DNA of 64,000 nt from a virus. A program made the translations under genes and the position numbers. Under the pieces are notes generated by a model. The model was not told where the DNA came from. It made no database searches and saw nothing but the letters and a program-made list of their open reading frames with translations. This document shows positions 20,648 to 30,300 of this stretch, one piece after another. The DNA lies in the IMG/VR virus record IMGVR_UViG_3300012954_000009, positions 38,474-102,473 of that record; one strand, written 5' to 3'. How positions within the stretch are numbered: the stretch's first letter is position 1; each line of letters starts with the position of its first letter.

Positions 20648-23404
20648 TTACGGTAGCATTGACCCACTATAAAATGGGACAGCCATTCTTTTTAATTTTT
20701 TTGTTTGTCTTCCTTTCCTTTCTCCACCTCTTGCTTGTACATATCCTGGAGTTTGTGTTGACATATTAGTATTATTACCTGGATATCCAAATGGATTTGT
20801 ATATGGATTCATCATTGCATTTTGATATTCTCTTTGGATATTAGTTTGTTGAGGTGTTGAATTATTATTTAGACCCATAAACATTGTAAGCATCTCAGGT
20901 GATACCTTGGTATCTGCTGGCAACTCTCTTCTTAATTTTGCATAACTGTTTAAGAATGCCTGTTGCTGATCAACCGGTTGTACTGCATCAAATGCTCTTG
21001 CATCCACTTGTCCTATCATACCGCCTGTCATAGGATCTATATTAAAGTAATCTTGTGTAAGATTCATATTATATGTATTGGCTCTGTTAGTTAAAGCATT
21101 AGCATATGCATCAGCGTATTGCTCTCTATCAAAGTTCTTTTCATCCATATAAGTTTGTAATGCATTAACTGTATCATCATACTCTTTAACATTTCTATCT
21201 CTTCTCTCACGGTTAATCTTCATGTCAATCATTGCATTCTGATACTCACCTCTATTTACAATACCTACATTCTTGGCTTGTATATCATTTACTGCATCTG
21301 CAACAGCTTTCATTGTTTTACCAACTGCAGCACTATTTCTTGCTGATCCTGCAGACGCTCCTGAATACATATTATTTGCATTCATCAATATAGAGTTCTG
21401 CTCATTAACTGCAGCAATAGTTCTTGTTGGATCTATTACATCATAACCAACAGATACATCTTCTACTTCAGGTTGCCATGGTAAAAATAAATCTCTTTCT
21501 CTATTAGCAATAGCATCCATCTTTAGTAAGTCCTGTACCCAAAAATCTGCATTAGGTAAAGGTTTAGGTCGTGCTACATCTGGTGGTGTAAATGGATCTT
21601 TTTCTTCTTCTACTACAACTTCACTAGGTTTATATGTCTTAGTAATATTAAGCTGATCTTTCTGACCTAAAGTTGTATTACCATACCATGTATCTGCTTT
21701 AGATACACTTTTCATGTATTTAAATTCAGGATCATCCCCTTCTTTCCATGCTGGGTTTAATACTACATCACCTTGATCATCAACACCCTCTGTGAAATAG
21801 CTACCAAGTATTTCTTCATCAAACTTTTCACCATTGATCATCTTTTTATACTCCTCAATTCCTTGCTGTTGTAAGTTATTGATATAACCTTGTTGGAAGG
21901 TTAGAGTTTCTTGTTTACTAGGTACAGTTAATGGAATATAGCCAGGTTGACCTTCCATCTTTGTATTATAAAGATCAATAATACCTCTTAATTCTTTTGT
22001 TGCATATCCTCCAGCTTTATCTAAAGAAAATCCTTTATCTAATCCTTTTGATCTTATATCAAAACCATTATCTTCTAAAAGCCCTGGGTGTTCTTGAGCA
22101 AACTTATATATCTCAAAGTTTCTTCTTTGAGCTTCTTTATAAAATTTATGATAGTCATCTTCTGATACTGGTTTCCTACCTGCACCTTCAGTACCTTGAA
22201 CATAAGCTTCATACCTAAGCTTTCTAGCATCAGCAAACTGATCTGAGTCATAATATTCTAGATACTCTGGAGAACCACCAGTCAATGATGTTTCTATAGG
22301 ATCTGTTCCTTCTTCTGGTTGAATGGTTGTTGTAGTTGTAGATACATTATTAGTATTATTGGTATTGTTAGTATTGCTAACATTAGGATTACCCATACCG
22401 TTATAAGGATCAAGAGGATATCTATCTTGGAAATTAGGAATACCGTCTCCATCTGTATCTTGTTTTCTAGCTCTTCTGTTGCCAAAGAAACCATACTGTG
22501 CTTCAGGTAATTGTTCTCCCATCATTGAAGGATCACCCATAGGCATTGGAGCAGCCATTCCAGGCTGAGGCATCAACTGTGCTTGTGCTAAATCAACTTG
22601 ACCTTCAGGTGAAGGTGGCATTTGACCTTCTCCTTGTTGTTGAGCTTGTGCCATCAACTGCTGCATCATCATTATTTTCTGTTGCTGCTCTGCTGGTAAA
22701 GCTTGAAATGCTTTCTCTTGAGCTTTTTGCATATTTATCTGCTCTATTTTTGCAGTAAATTCTATTGGGTCTTCACCTATAGACATTAGATAAGGGTGAG
22801 ATGCTACTGGTACACCTTCTTCAAAATCTTTTTTAAGTTCTTGACCAAAGGCTAATGTAGATAAACCTAACTTATTTTTCTTCAGCATAAGTTCTGCAGA
22901 TTTAACTTGAATGTCATCTGCATATTCATCTTCAATGGCTCCGTAAAATTTATTTAATTGATATTTTTTAGATACATCAGCAGGTGTCTTAGACTTTCTG
23001 CTAGTAATTCCAAACTCTTTAAGCTCTTCACCTTTCATCTTCAACGCTTTGGTATCAGAAAAGATAAAGGACTGTTCTGGTAAAAACATAGGGACTCCAC
23101 CACTACTATGTCTTGGACCAGTAATATTATATAAACCAAAGTTACCGTCATTATTTAAATCAGTTAAAACAGTTTCTCCTCCTTCAGCTTCTATATTAGC
23201 TTCTTCTCTTGGTACAGATGATAAGCTGAATCTTACATCTTTATCATTATCATCATTTATCTGAGAACCTGATACAGTTGTAGGTATAGTTGTTAAACCA
23301 AAATTTAATTGATCTCCTGTAGTAGGTCCACCTTCTTGCATAGGTATCAACTCTCCGTCTTTCATAGACATTCCTTCCGGTAGACTGTTAATTTTTATTT
23401 TCAT
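20648..23404 (-). CDS. Internal virion cargo protein with EAEGGE / GPxHxxGG module
   Basis: 918 aa, Cys-free. NIEAEGGETV...GPRHSSGGVP motif seen in Bacteroidota phage internal proteins, Q/M/P-rich linker, DTDGDGIPNFQD Ca-binding-like motif. Confidence 0.6.
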   Translation of the reverse strand: MKIKINSLPEGMSMKDGELIPMQEGGPTTGDQLNFGLTTIPTTVSGSQINDDNDKDVRFSLSSVPREEANIEAEGGETVLTDLNNDGNFGLYNITGPRHSSGGVPMFLPEQSFIFSDTKALKMKGEELKEFGITSRKSKTPADVSKKYQLNKFYGAIEDEYADDIQVKSAELMLKKNKLGLSTLAFGQELKKDFEEGVPVASHPYLMSIGEDPIEFTAKIEQINMQKAQEKAFQALPAEQQQKIMMMQQLMAQAQQQGEGQMPPSPEGQVDLAQAQLMPQPGMAAPMPMGDPSMMGEQLPEAQYGFFGNRRARKQDTDGDGIPNFQDRYPLDPYNGMGNPNVSNTNNTNNTNNVSTTTTTIQPEEGTDPIETSLTGGSPEYLEYYDSDQFADARKLRYEAYVQGTEGAGRKPVSEDDYHKFYKEAQRRNFEIYKFAQEHPGLLEDNGFDIRSKGLDKGFSLDKAGGYATKELRGIIDLYNTKMEGQPGYIPLTVPSKQETLTFQQGYINNLQQQGIEEYKKMINGEKFDEEILGSYFTEGVDDQGDVVLNPAWKEGDDPEFKYMKSVSKADTWYGNTTLGQKDQLNITKTYKPSEVVVEEEKDPFTPPDVARPKPLPNADFWVQDLLKMDAIANRERDLFLPWQPEVEDVSVGYDVIDPTRTIAAVNEQNSILMNANNMYSGASAGSARNSAAVGKTMKAVADAVNDIQAKNVGIVNRGEYQNAMIDMKINRERRDRNVKEYDDTVNALQTYMDEKNFDREQYADAYANALTNRANTYNMNLTQDYFNIDPMTGGMIGQVDARAFDAVQPVDQQQAFLNSYAKLRRELPADTKVSPEMLTMFMGLNNNSTPQQTNIQREYQNAMMNPYTNPFGYPGNNTNMSTQTPGYVQARGGERKGRQTKKLKRMAVPFYSGSMLP

Positions 23405-23406
23405 AA

Positions 23407-26400
23407 TTATAGTATTTCTATATCAGCTCCAGCTGAAATTAATTTAGCAACTGTTTTATAATCTAAATCAACAATATTTTCTTCTTGTTTCATTGGAGGC
23501 ATCATAAAGGTTTCTTTACCCATTCTTGCCTCATAAGCTCTTATGTTATCTGGTTGTATTATACCAGTATTCTCATCTGTTAAACCTCTATCTCCTTCTC
23601 TTGATTCAACCATTCCATATGCCTTATCAGCCATACCAGAATAAACTAAATCTTCTTCTGCTTTACGTGCCTTCCTGTTCTTAAACATTTCATTTATAAC
23701 TCCTGCTCCTGCTACAAGAAAGTTAGACACATCTCCAAACTTTTCAACAAATCTACTATCCTTAATACGGTTGACTGTTCCCATCAACTTATTCTTTCTT
23801 TTTATCTTTGGATCTTGCATAGCTGTAGGATCTTCAGTTTGTGTTGCTGCAGGATCTCCAGTTTGTGCTATATTTAAACCTCTAAGTTGCATGTCCGGAG
23901 GATCAACTTCAAGTGGTTGTATACCAATTGGTTCTAGTCTAGGAAAATCTCCAGCAGGTGCAGTTACTGTAAATTCATCAAGTTCTATATTCTGTTGAAT
24001 TTCATCATCTGGTATTGTTGCATTTGCAGGATCTTGCAAATATTGTAATAACTGTGTATTTTGTGCTGCAGTTCCACTATACTGCTGACCTAAATTAGCA
24101 TCTTGATAGATAGCACCTCTTTCAGGTATGCTGGGTAAATCTTGACCCATACCTGAATAATACTCATAAAGTGTATTAGCACCACCATCTTGTTTTTCAT
24201 CAAGTGGTTTTTTAGCGTTTAACAAAGATTTAATTGTATGTAAGTAGCCACCATCATCATTATACCAAGTTTTTTCGTCCATGTTATATGAGTTACCATC
24301 ATCATCAACAGGACCTGTATTAAATGGTATTCTATCTTTATATGTTACTGTAGTTTGACCACCATCAGGATTTATTTCATTTGCTATATGTTGAAGTAAA
24401 TCAAAATTAGCCATTCTTTTAGCCATGCCCAAATTCTGACTGCTACCTAAAAGTAAAGTATCAGCACCAGTAACACCCATCTGAGACATAATATCTTTTA
24501 CAGCTGTCTCATCACCTTTGTTATTTAATCCAAACTGCTCTATATATTGCTGCAAGTAAGGATGATCATAATCTTTAATTCTTTTCTTTCTTTCTTTATT
24601 AGTTTCACCTGCATTTTGCCTCATGTCAAGTTCAGGTGGATCTGCCATTTGATCATTTAGAATCAGCTGCATAGGATCATTAGGATCATCTACTTTACCA
24701 GTTGTGTAATCACCATCTCTGACACCTTGTATAACTCTACTTACAACATCTTTATCACTATCAGATCCTACTGAAGTTAAACTTCCTAAGAAATTATTAT
24801 ACATATCTTTACCAGACTCTTTAATTTGAGTAAGTAAAGTTCTATCTGAATCTTTGCCATAATCCATATAAGCTGATACCTCATGACCTAATCCCAAAGC
24901 ATTAGCACCTATAATTCCAGCCATGTCATCCGCTCCAACAAAATCTAAAAGTCCTCCTATGTATGGTGTACTTTTTATTTTATCACTAATAGCTCTAGCA
25001 GTAAGACCACTTGTAGTTCCATGACGTAATGGATCTGCATTTTCTGTATAGAATTTTCTAATTACTTCACCTTTTCTACCAATATCACTATCCCTAAATT
25101 TTTTCTCTAAGTTATCTAATTCTCTATAAAGGTTTTGTTCTTGCACATGATCTAGCTGACCTTCTTTCATGTACAAGCTATTTAATTGATCAACAACATT
25201 TTGATATTCATCACTTTGATAAAATGCAATTTCTGCTTCTTCAAACTGTTTGTATCCCGGAATATCTTCTAATCCGGCTTCTTTATCCATAACACCACCT
25301 AAAGATTCATTAACCTTTCTTTCTATGCCTGGGATATCACCTTTCCTTACTAAATCATAAACACTACTTTCATCTCTAGTATTATTTAAATTTATAGTCT
25401 CAATTCTTTGCTTTTGGAGTTCTCTTAATTGCTGCATTCCAGCTTCTAAGTCTAATTTTTGTTGTTCTGTAGTAGGTATGCCTCCTGCATTTTGATATAC
25501 AGGTAATTCCGTACCTCTAGATGCTTTACCTTTTATATTAGGTTGATTACCAACACCAATAGCTTGTGTTATATTTCCTTTCTTAAATGCAGGATTAGTA
25601 ATTGCATCTGTAGCTTGTGTACCAATACTTGTATTAGTATCCATAACACCAGCATATCCTGCTGTATCTTTTATTAATGAACCAGCTGCTGTTGCTAAAC
25701 CATATCCAGGTACTGCAGATGATGCATTTAATATTGCATTTTCCGTATGTACCTTTCTTTGCTCTGATCCTTCTGGTGCTGCATATGCTCTTACTCCAGA
25801 TAAAGCTGAATTAAGAAGATCTGCTCCTGCCGCAATAGGTCCAGAATAATCTTGCATGCCTGCTACAGTTAATCCTGTTTGTGTATAATCTAAAGCTTTA
25901 TTAACTGTTGGATTTTGAGAAATAGTTTGCTTAGTAGATTGTCCTTTATAATCAGGGATAAATCCTTGTTCTCCTTTAAGATAACCTGCTAAGTCAAAAC
26001 CAAACTGTGCTCTTTGTAAAATAGATGCTGAATCTAAATTTTCAACATCAATAGATCTAGAATCTATTTTACCCATGTCTATAGAACCTCCGTCTATACC
26101 TACTGTACCACCACCTTGTCTTTTTAAATTAAACATGTCTAATGAATACTGTTGTGATGGATCACCTGTGTATACATTATTTAACATCATTGTATCATAT
26201 AAATATGGATTTGCACCAAAATATGAAGCTGCTGCACCATCTTTGTTTACACCATAAGATACACCTGCAGGAAGCTTATCATCTTTTAAAAGCCCAAAGT
26301 CTTGAGCAAGAAGTTCAGCATGTCCTGGATTATTTTTAAGACGTTCTGTAAAATCAGATAATGAAACACCATCATTAATTAGATTCATCATATTACCTGA

Positions 26401-27273
26401 CAAACGTTTGTTTTTACTTAGTCTATTTTTGAGTTGATTATTTGCAGAATTTAAAAACTTATCTGAGTATGGATTATATATCATGTCATACTGACCAGTA
26501 TTAACATTATAATTTAGTTTTGAGTTATCCATTAAATCTTGATTATACTCATCTTTAGTTCTAAGCTTCCCATCAAAAAGATCTTTGTTTGTTACAAAGT
26601 AATTATCTTCACTGTCATTCGGGTCAAAGGTAACTTCATAATTATAATATGAACCTCTTCTATCTTTTTGTCTTAGTCTTTTAGCTTTGTTATCTCTAAA
26701 GCTTCCATCCATCAAACCATCACCATCAGTATCTTGTGAGCTAAACATGTTATTAAAACCCTGAGCTAATACCCCAAGAGCTCCATCAACATTACCTTTA
26801 TTACCTAAATTTTGTGGTAAATAAAAATTCCTAGCCGGTCTATATCCAGTAATAGGATTTGCATTAGCTGTAGATACTGTACCAAAGAATCCACTGGTAG
26901 GCATTCTCATAGCTCCTCTAAGAGCCATACCTGGTGTAATACCTATATTACCTGCTTGTGCTTGAGGAAGAGTGCTACCTTCAATATTTCCTTTATTAAT
27001 ACTTTCTCTAGAAGCACTTGCTTGTTCTTGTATTTGAGACATAATATTTGACAACATTGTCTCATCATAACCTAAACTTGTAAAAGCACTTTGTATTTCA
27101 TCTAATGGAATTTTTTGATCCATAAGATTTTGAAATACTTCTACCTCACTTATACCTCCTTGTAGTTTTTCTCTAATTCCTTGAAGAACACTATCAGTAT
27201 CCATAGTCATTTTAGGTACGGGAGCACCACCCCTCTGCAATAAACTTTTTTTATTTAAATTTAATCTTCTCAT
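23407..27273 (-). CDS. Modular (polyvalent) virion cargo protein with pre-toxin-like, toxin-like and peptidoglycan-binding-like modules
   Basis: 1288 aa, Cys-free. Modules are separated by QxGG/AQxG linkers and include LDYTQTGLTVAG...GADLLNS, ADPLRH...GHE...DMYNNFLG and YSGTAAQNTQLL. Confidence 0.55.
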   Translation of the reverse strand: MRRLNLNKKSLLQRGGAPVPKMTMDTDSVLQGIREKLQGGISEVEVFQNLMDQKIPLDEIQSAFTSLGYDETMLSNIMSQIQEQASASRESINKGNIEGSTLPQAQAGNIGITPGMALRGAMRMPTSGFFGTVSTANANPITGYRPARNFYLPQNLGNKGNVDGALGVLAQGFNNMFSSQDTDGDGLMDGSFRDNKAKRLRQKDRRGSYYNYEVTFDPNDSEDNYFVTNKDLFDGKLRTKDEYNQDLMDNSKLNYNVNTGQYDMIYNPYSDKFLNSANNQLKNRLSKNKRLSGNMMNLINDGVSLSDFTERLKNNPGHAELLAQDFGLLKDDKLPAGVSYGVNKDGAAASYFGANPYLYDTMMLNNVYTGDPSQQYSLDMFNLKRQGGGTVGIDGGSIDMGKIDSRSIDVENLDSASILQRAQFGFDLAGYLKGEQGFIPDYKGQSTKQTISQNPTVNKALDYTQTGLTVAGMQDYSGPIAAGADLLNSALSGVRAYAAPEGSEQRKVHTENAILNASSAVPGYGLATAAGSLIKDTAGYAGVMDTNTSIGTQATDAITNPAFKKGNITQAIGVGNQPNIKGKASRGTELPVYQNAGGIPTTEQQKLDLEAGMQQLRELQKQRIETINLNNTRDESSVYDLVRKGDIPGIERKVNESLGGVMDKEAGLEDIPGYKQFEEAEIAFYQSDEYQNVVDQLNSLYMKEGQLDHVQEQNLYRELDNLEKKFRDSDIGRKGEVIRKFYTENADPLRHGTTSGLTARAISDKIKSTPYIGGLLDFVGADDMAGIIGANALGLGHEVSAYMDYGKDSDRTLLTQIKESGKDMYNNFLGSLTSVGSDSDKDVVSRVIQGVRDGDYTTGKVDDPNDPMQLILNDQMADPPELDMRQNAGETNKERKKRIKDYDHPYLQQYIEQFGLNNKGDETAVKDIMSQMGVTGADTLLLGSSQNLGMAKRMANFDLLQHIANEINPDGGQTTVTYKDRIPFNTGPVDDDGNSYNMDEKTWYNDDGGYLHTIKSLLNAKKPLDEKQDGGANTLYEYYSGMGQDLPSIPERGAIYQDANLGQQYSGTAAQNTQLLQYLQDPANATIPDDEIQQNIELDEFTVTAPAGDFPRLEPIGIQPLEVDPPDMQLRGLNIAQTGDPAATQTEDPTAMQDPKIKRKNKLMGTVNRIKDSRFVEKFGDVSNFLVAGAGVINEMFKNRKARKAEEDLVYSGMADKAYGMVESREGDRGLTDENTGIIQPDNIRAYEARMGKETFMMPPMKQEENIVDLDYKTVAKLISAGADIEIL

Positions 27274-27275
27274 AG

Positions 27276-27291
27276 TACAATTATAATATAC
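27276..27291 (-). promoter_or_regulatory. Putative phage late promoter GTATATTAT-W4-GTA
   Basis: GTATATTATAATTGTA, intergenic, 2 nt before the ATG of the 1288-aa gene. Confidence 0.65.
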
Positions 27292-27318
27292 AAATAATTA
27301 GGCACAAAATCTAATAAT

Positions 27319-30300
27319 TTACATGCTTCCCTCGTCAAGGTAGCTCATTATATAGTTTGGTGCAGACATTCCAACCTGACCTGCTTTGTTATAATAAACC
27401 CTATTAAGTTTATCATAAATAGCTTCTGCTTTTTTTAAGTTTGATTTATTATCATACTTACCATTAACATAATCTCTATATATTTTAAGATCAGAAATCT
27501 CACCTCCTATACTTTTATATTCATTAATTATGTAAGTATATTTTTCATTATTTATAGCAGCATCATAGTCTTTATTAAACTCATCATTGTTTCCTAATAT
27601 CTTATTTACGTAAGTTCTTGTCTCCTTTGGTAGCTTATCAACCCAATCTAATGAATTGTATATATCAAAGTCAGCTTTCTTTTCATTTAAGAAATCAACT
27701 AAATTTCCTCTACCCCAATTGTATGCTGCTAATGTTTTTGCTATTCTTACTTCATCTGACTGATTTTCTTTATCTATAAATGAAGCATTATATAAATCAT
27801 TCATGTACCACTTTTGTACATCAACTGCATTGCTTACATTAGTTAAGTCTACATCACCTTCAATATCATTTGCTTTAATGTAATCACCAAGAACATTAGG
27901 TCTAATTTGTGTTAAACCTTTTGCGTTTGCTGATGAGGTTACTTTAGGTCTAAACGTTGATTCTGCATATGCTTGTTTTAATAATATATCAGAACCTACA
28001 CCACCTCCTTCTTGAAAGGTTGTCTTTTCTTTAATGGTAAAGTACTTTGAATTTTTGGCTACACCCCGTGTATATACATCTCTATTAGGGTCTTTGCTGG
28101 TTACACCCGCCCATTGCCTTGGTAGATCTTGCATTATATCATCTACCTTTCTATTATTATAATAGTATGAAAGTATAGCTGCAGTCCCTAGTGCCGCCTT
28201 CTCAGCATCTAAGAAATCTTTATTACTTGTTATACCTAAAGTTTTCAGTCTTTGCTTTAGATCTCCTCCTTGTTCTGAGTCTTTCTCAACCCACTTCCAT
28301 CTAAACTGAGTTAGACCTACGCTATTTTGATTTTCATCTGCACCATACGTGTCATACTTGGACATGTAGTCTGGACTACTTGAACCAGATCTATCAAAAT
28401 ATTTATTTGCAGCTCTACCTAAATTACCTACTGCACTATGGGTATCACCAAAATTAGTCTCATTACCAAGTATACCAAAAGCAACTTTAGCAATATCATT
28501 ATAAGCATCTCCATCAACCTGCATAACTTTCATTATCTGTTGTTTGTTATCTTGTAAAGACTTTGCAAATGGTACTACAACGTTATTATATTCTTCTTCA
28601 TCATTAAAATCAAAGTATGTAAATTTATCATTTGCAAATGACTCCTTGTCTATATCTATTTGTATAGGTCTATAATTAAGAGTATTTCTTGTTTTATTTA
28701 TACCTTGCCCTCTTTGTTCATTACCTTCAAGATCAATATAACTCTCAGCGTCTGCTCTATTCCGAGAGGAAGTTTTAAAGTTTAACTGTCCATTTTGAAA
28801 TACAAACTTATTTCCATCATCTTCAGGTAAAATAAATATCTCACTTCCTTCTCCTATATCATGTATGTTATGCATATCTATTAGATCACTACACGTACCG
28901 TTAATACAACCATTAGTCATTCTCATGTTAAAAGGATCTTCAGCAGTTAGTGCATTAATTCTATTTGCACTTTTACTACTTGGTACTGTATGTATAACAG
29001 TAGATACTTCATTACCATCTTCATTTTTTAATACAAATGATGGTGTTTTTCTATTCTGCCCTGAGTCATCATAGAAACCGCTATCTTCATTTACTGTACC
29101 AATGGTAAATTTACCCGCACCAGTTGACTTATTACCAGCATTCCAATTTGTTTCAGCAGAATATCCAGGCATTTCCATAAGAGCATCTACAGAGCTAGCA
29201 CCTGTTTCAGCCATTGCTTTATTTAAACTGGCTTGGTCAAGCTGCTCTCCATTATAAAAATAATCTGCTTTAGTTACTGTCTGTGCATCTCCTGCATTGG
29301 AGCCAGATAGTATTGGATAGCTCTCTTTAGGTTGCTCCTCACCAGGATAATATAAATGCATTCTTCCCGCATTTTCATCAACAATAAGATATGGTTTTTC
29401 AGCATTTGCTAATTGATAGCTAACTATAAGATCTGCTTGATCCATTCTGTTAAGATTAGCATTATTCTTTTTTATATTCTCAAAGTCTTCAAACTCATCA
29501 AATTCTACTATATTGTCATCAGTATAGGGACTAACAACAGACCTGTTCTGCTTATAAATCTTTTCTCTTTGCTGTGGTTTTAAACCTGCTGAAACCATAT
29601 CTTCTTCACTTGGTTCAAATGTTTCGCCTGCTAAATTAGTACCAAATTGTTTTCCGTTATATTCAAATATTTTATTAGCTCCATAATAATCTCTTGCAAT
29701 TCCAAATGCTGAATTAAAATCTTTAGCCTTGTTTATTTTATCATTTATTTCTTCTGCGCTTAGTGTAGCATTTGCTGCATTAGAATTTGTATTTGCAGGA
29801 GGTAAAGTATTAGAAGGTTTTCTCTTAAACTGACTTGGTGTAGATAATAATTTATTTCTTAATTCTATATTCCCAGCATATGATCCATCTGTAAGTCCTT
29901 CAGCTTTTGCTTGTGACCAAGGAGTACCTGTAACATCTTGCCATATTTCACTTACAGAACCACCTTGTTGTTTTTTACTTATTGTTTTAACTTTCCCATT
30001 ATGAGTTCGTGCATATATATTATTTTCATCTTCACCTATCTTTGGACCTGAGTAGTTTTTACCTTTCCATTGCCAGCTAACTGTCCCTCCTTTTTCAAAA
30101 CCAAAAAAATCACTTATACTTTTTCCAGCATCTTCTAAAGCATCACCTGCAGGATTTATAACATTCTTCTGCCACCACGGGATTATATTATCTACACCTT
30201 GTGAAGAAATATCAAATGGTGTATTTTCTCTAATGGGTTTATTTACATATTGTTCCCAACTAGCTTCTGCTGCAGAAGGAATTGTTCCGTCTGGTAATTT

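Noticed and set aside
22330-22385. Asn/Thr-rich repeat (NTNNTNNTNNVSTTTTT)
   Set aside because: Ordinary low-complexity linker in the 918-aa protein, with no sign of a functional DNA repeat.
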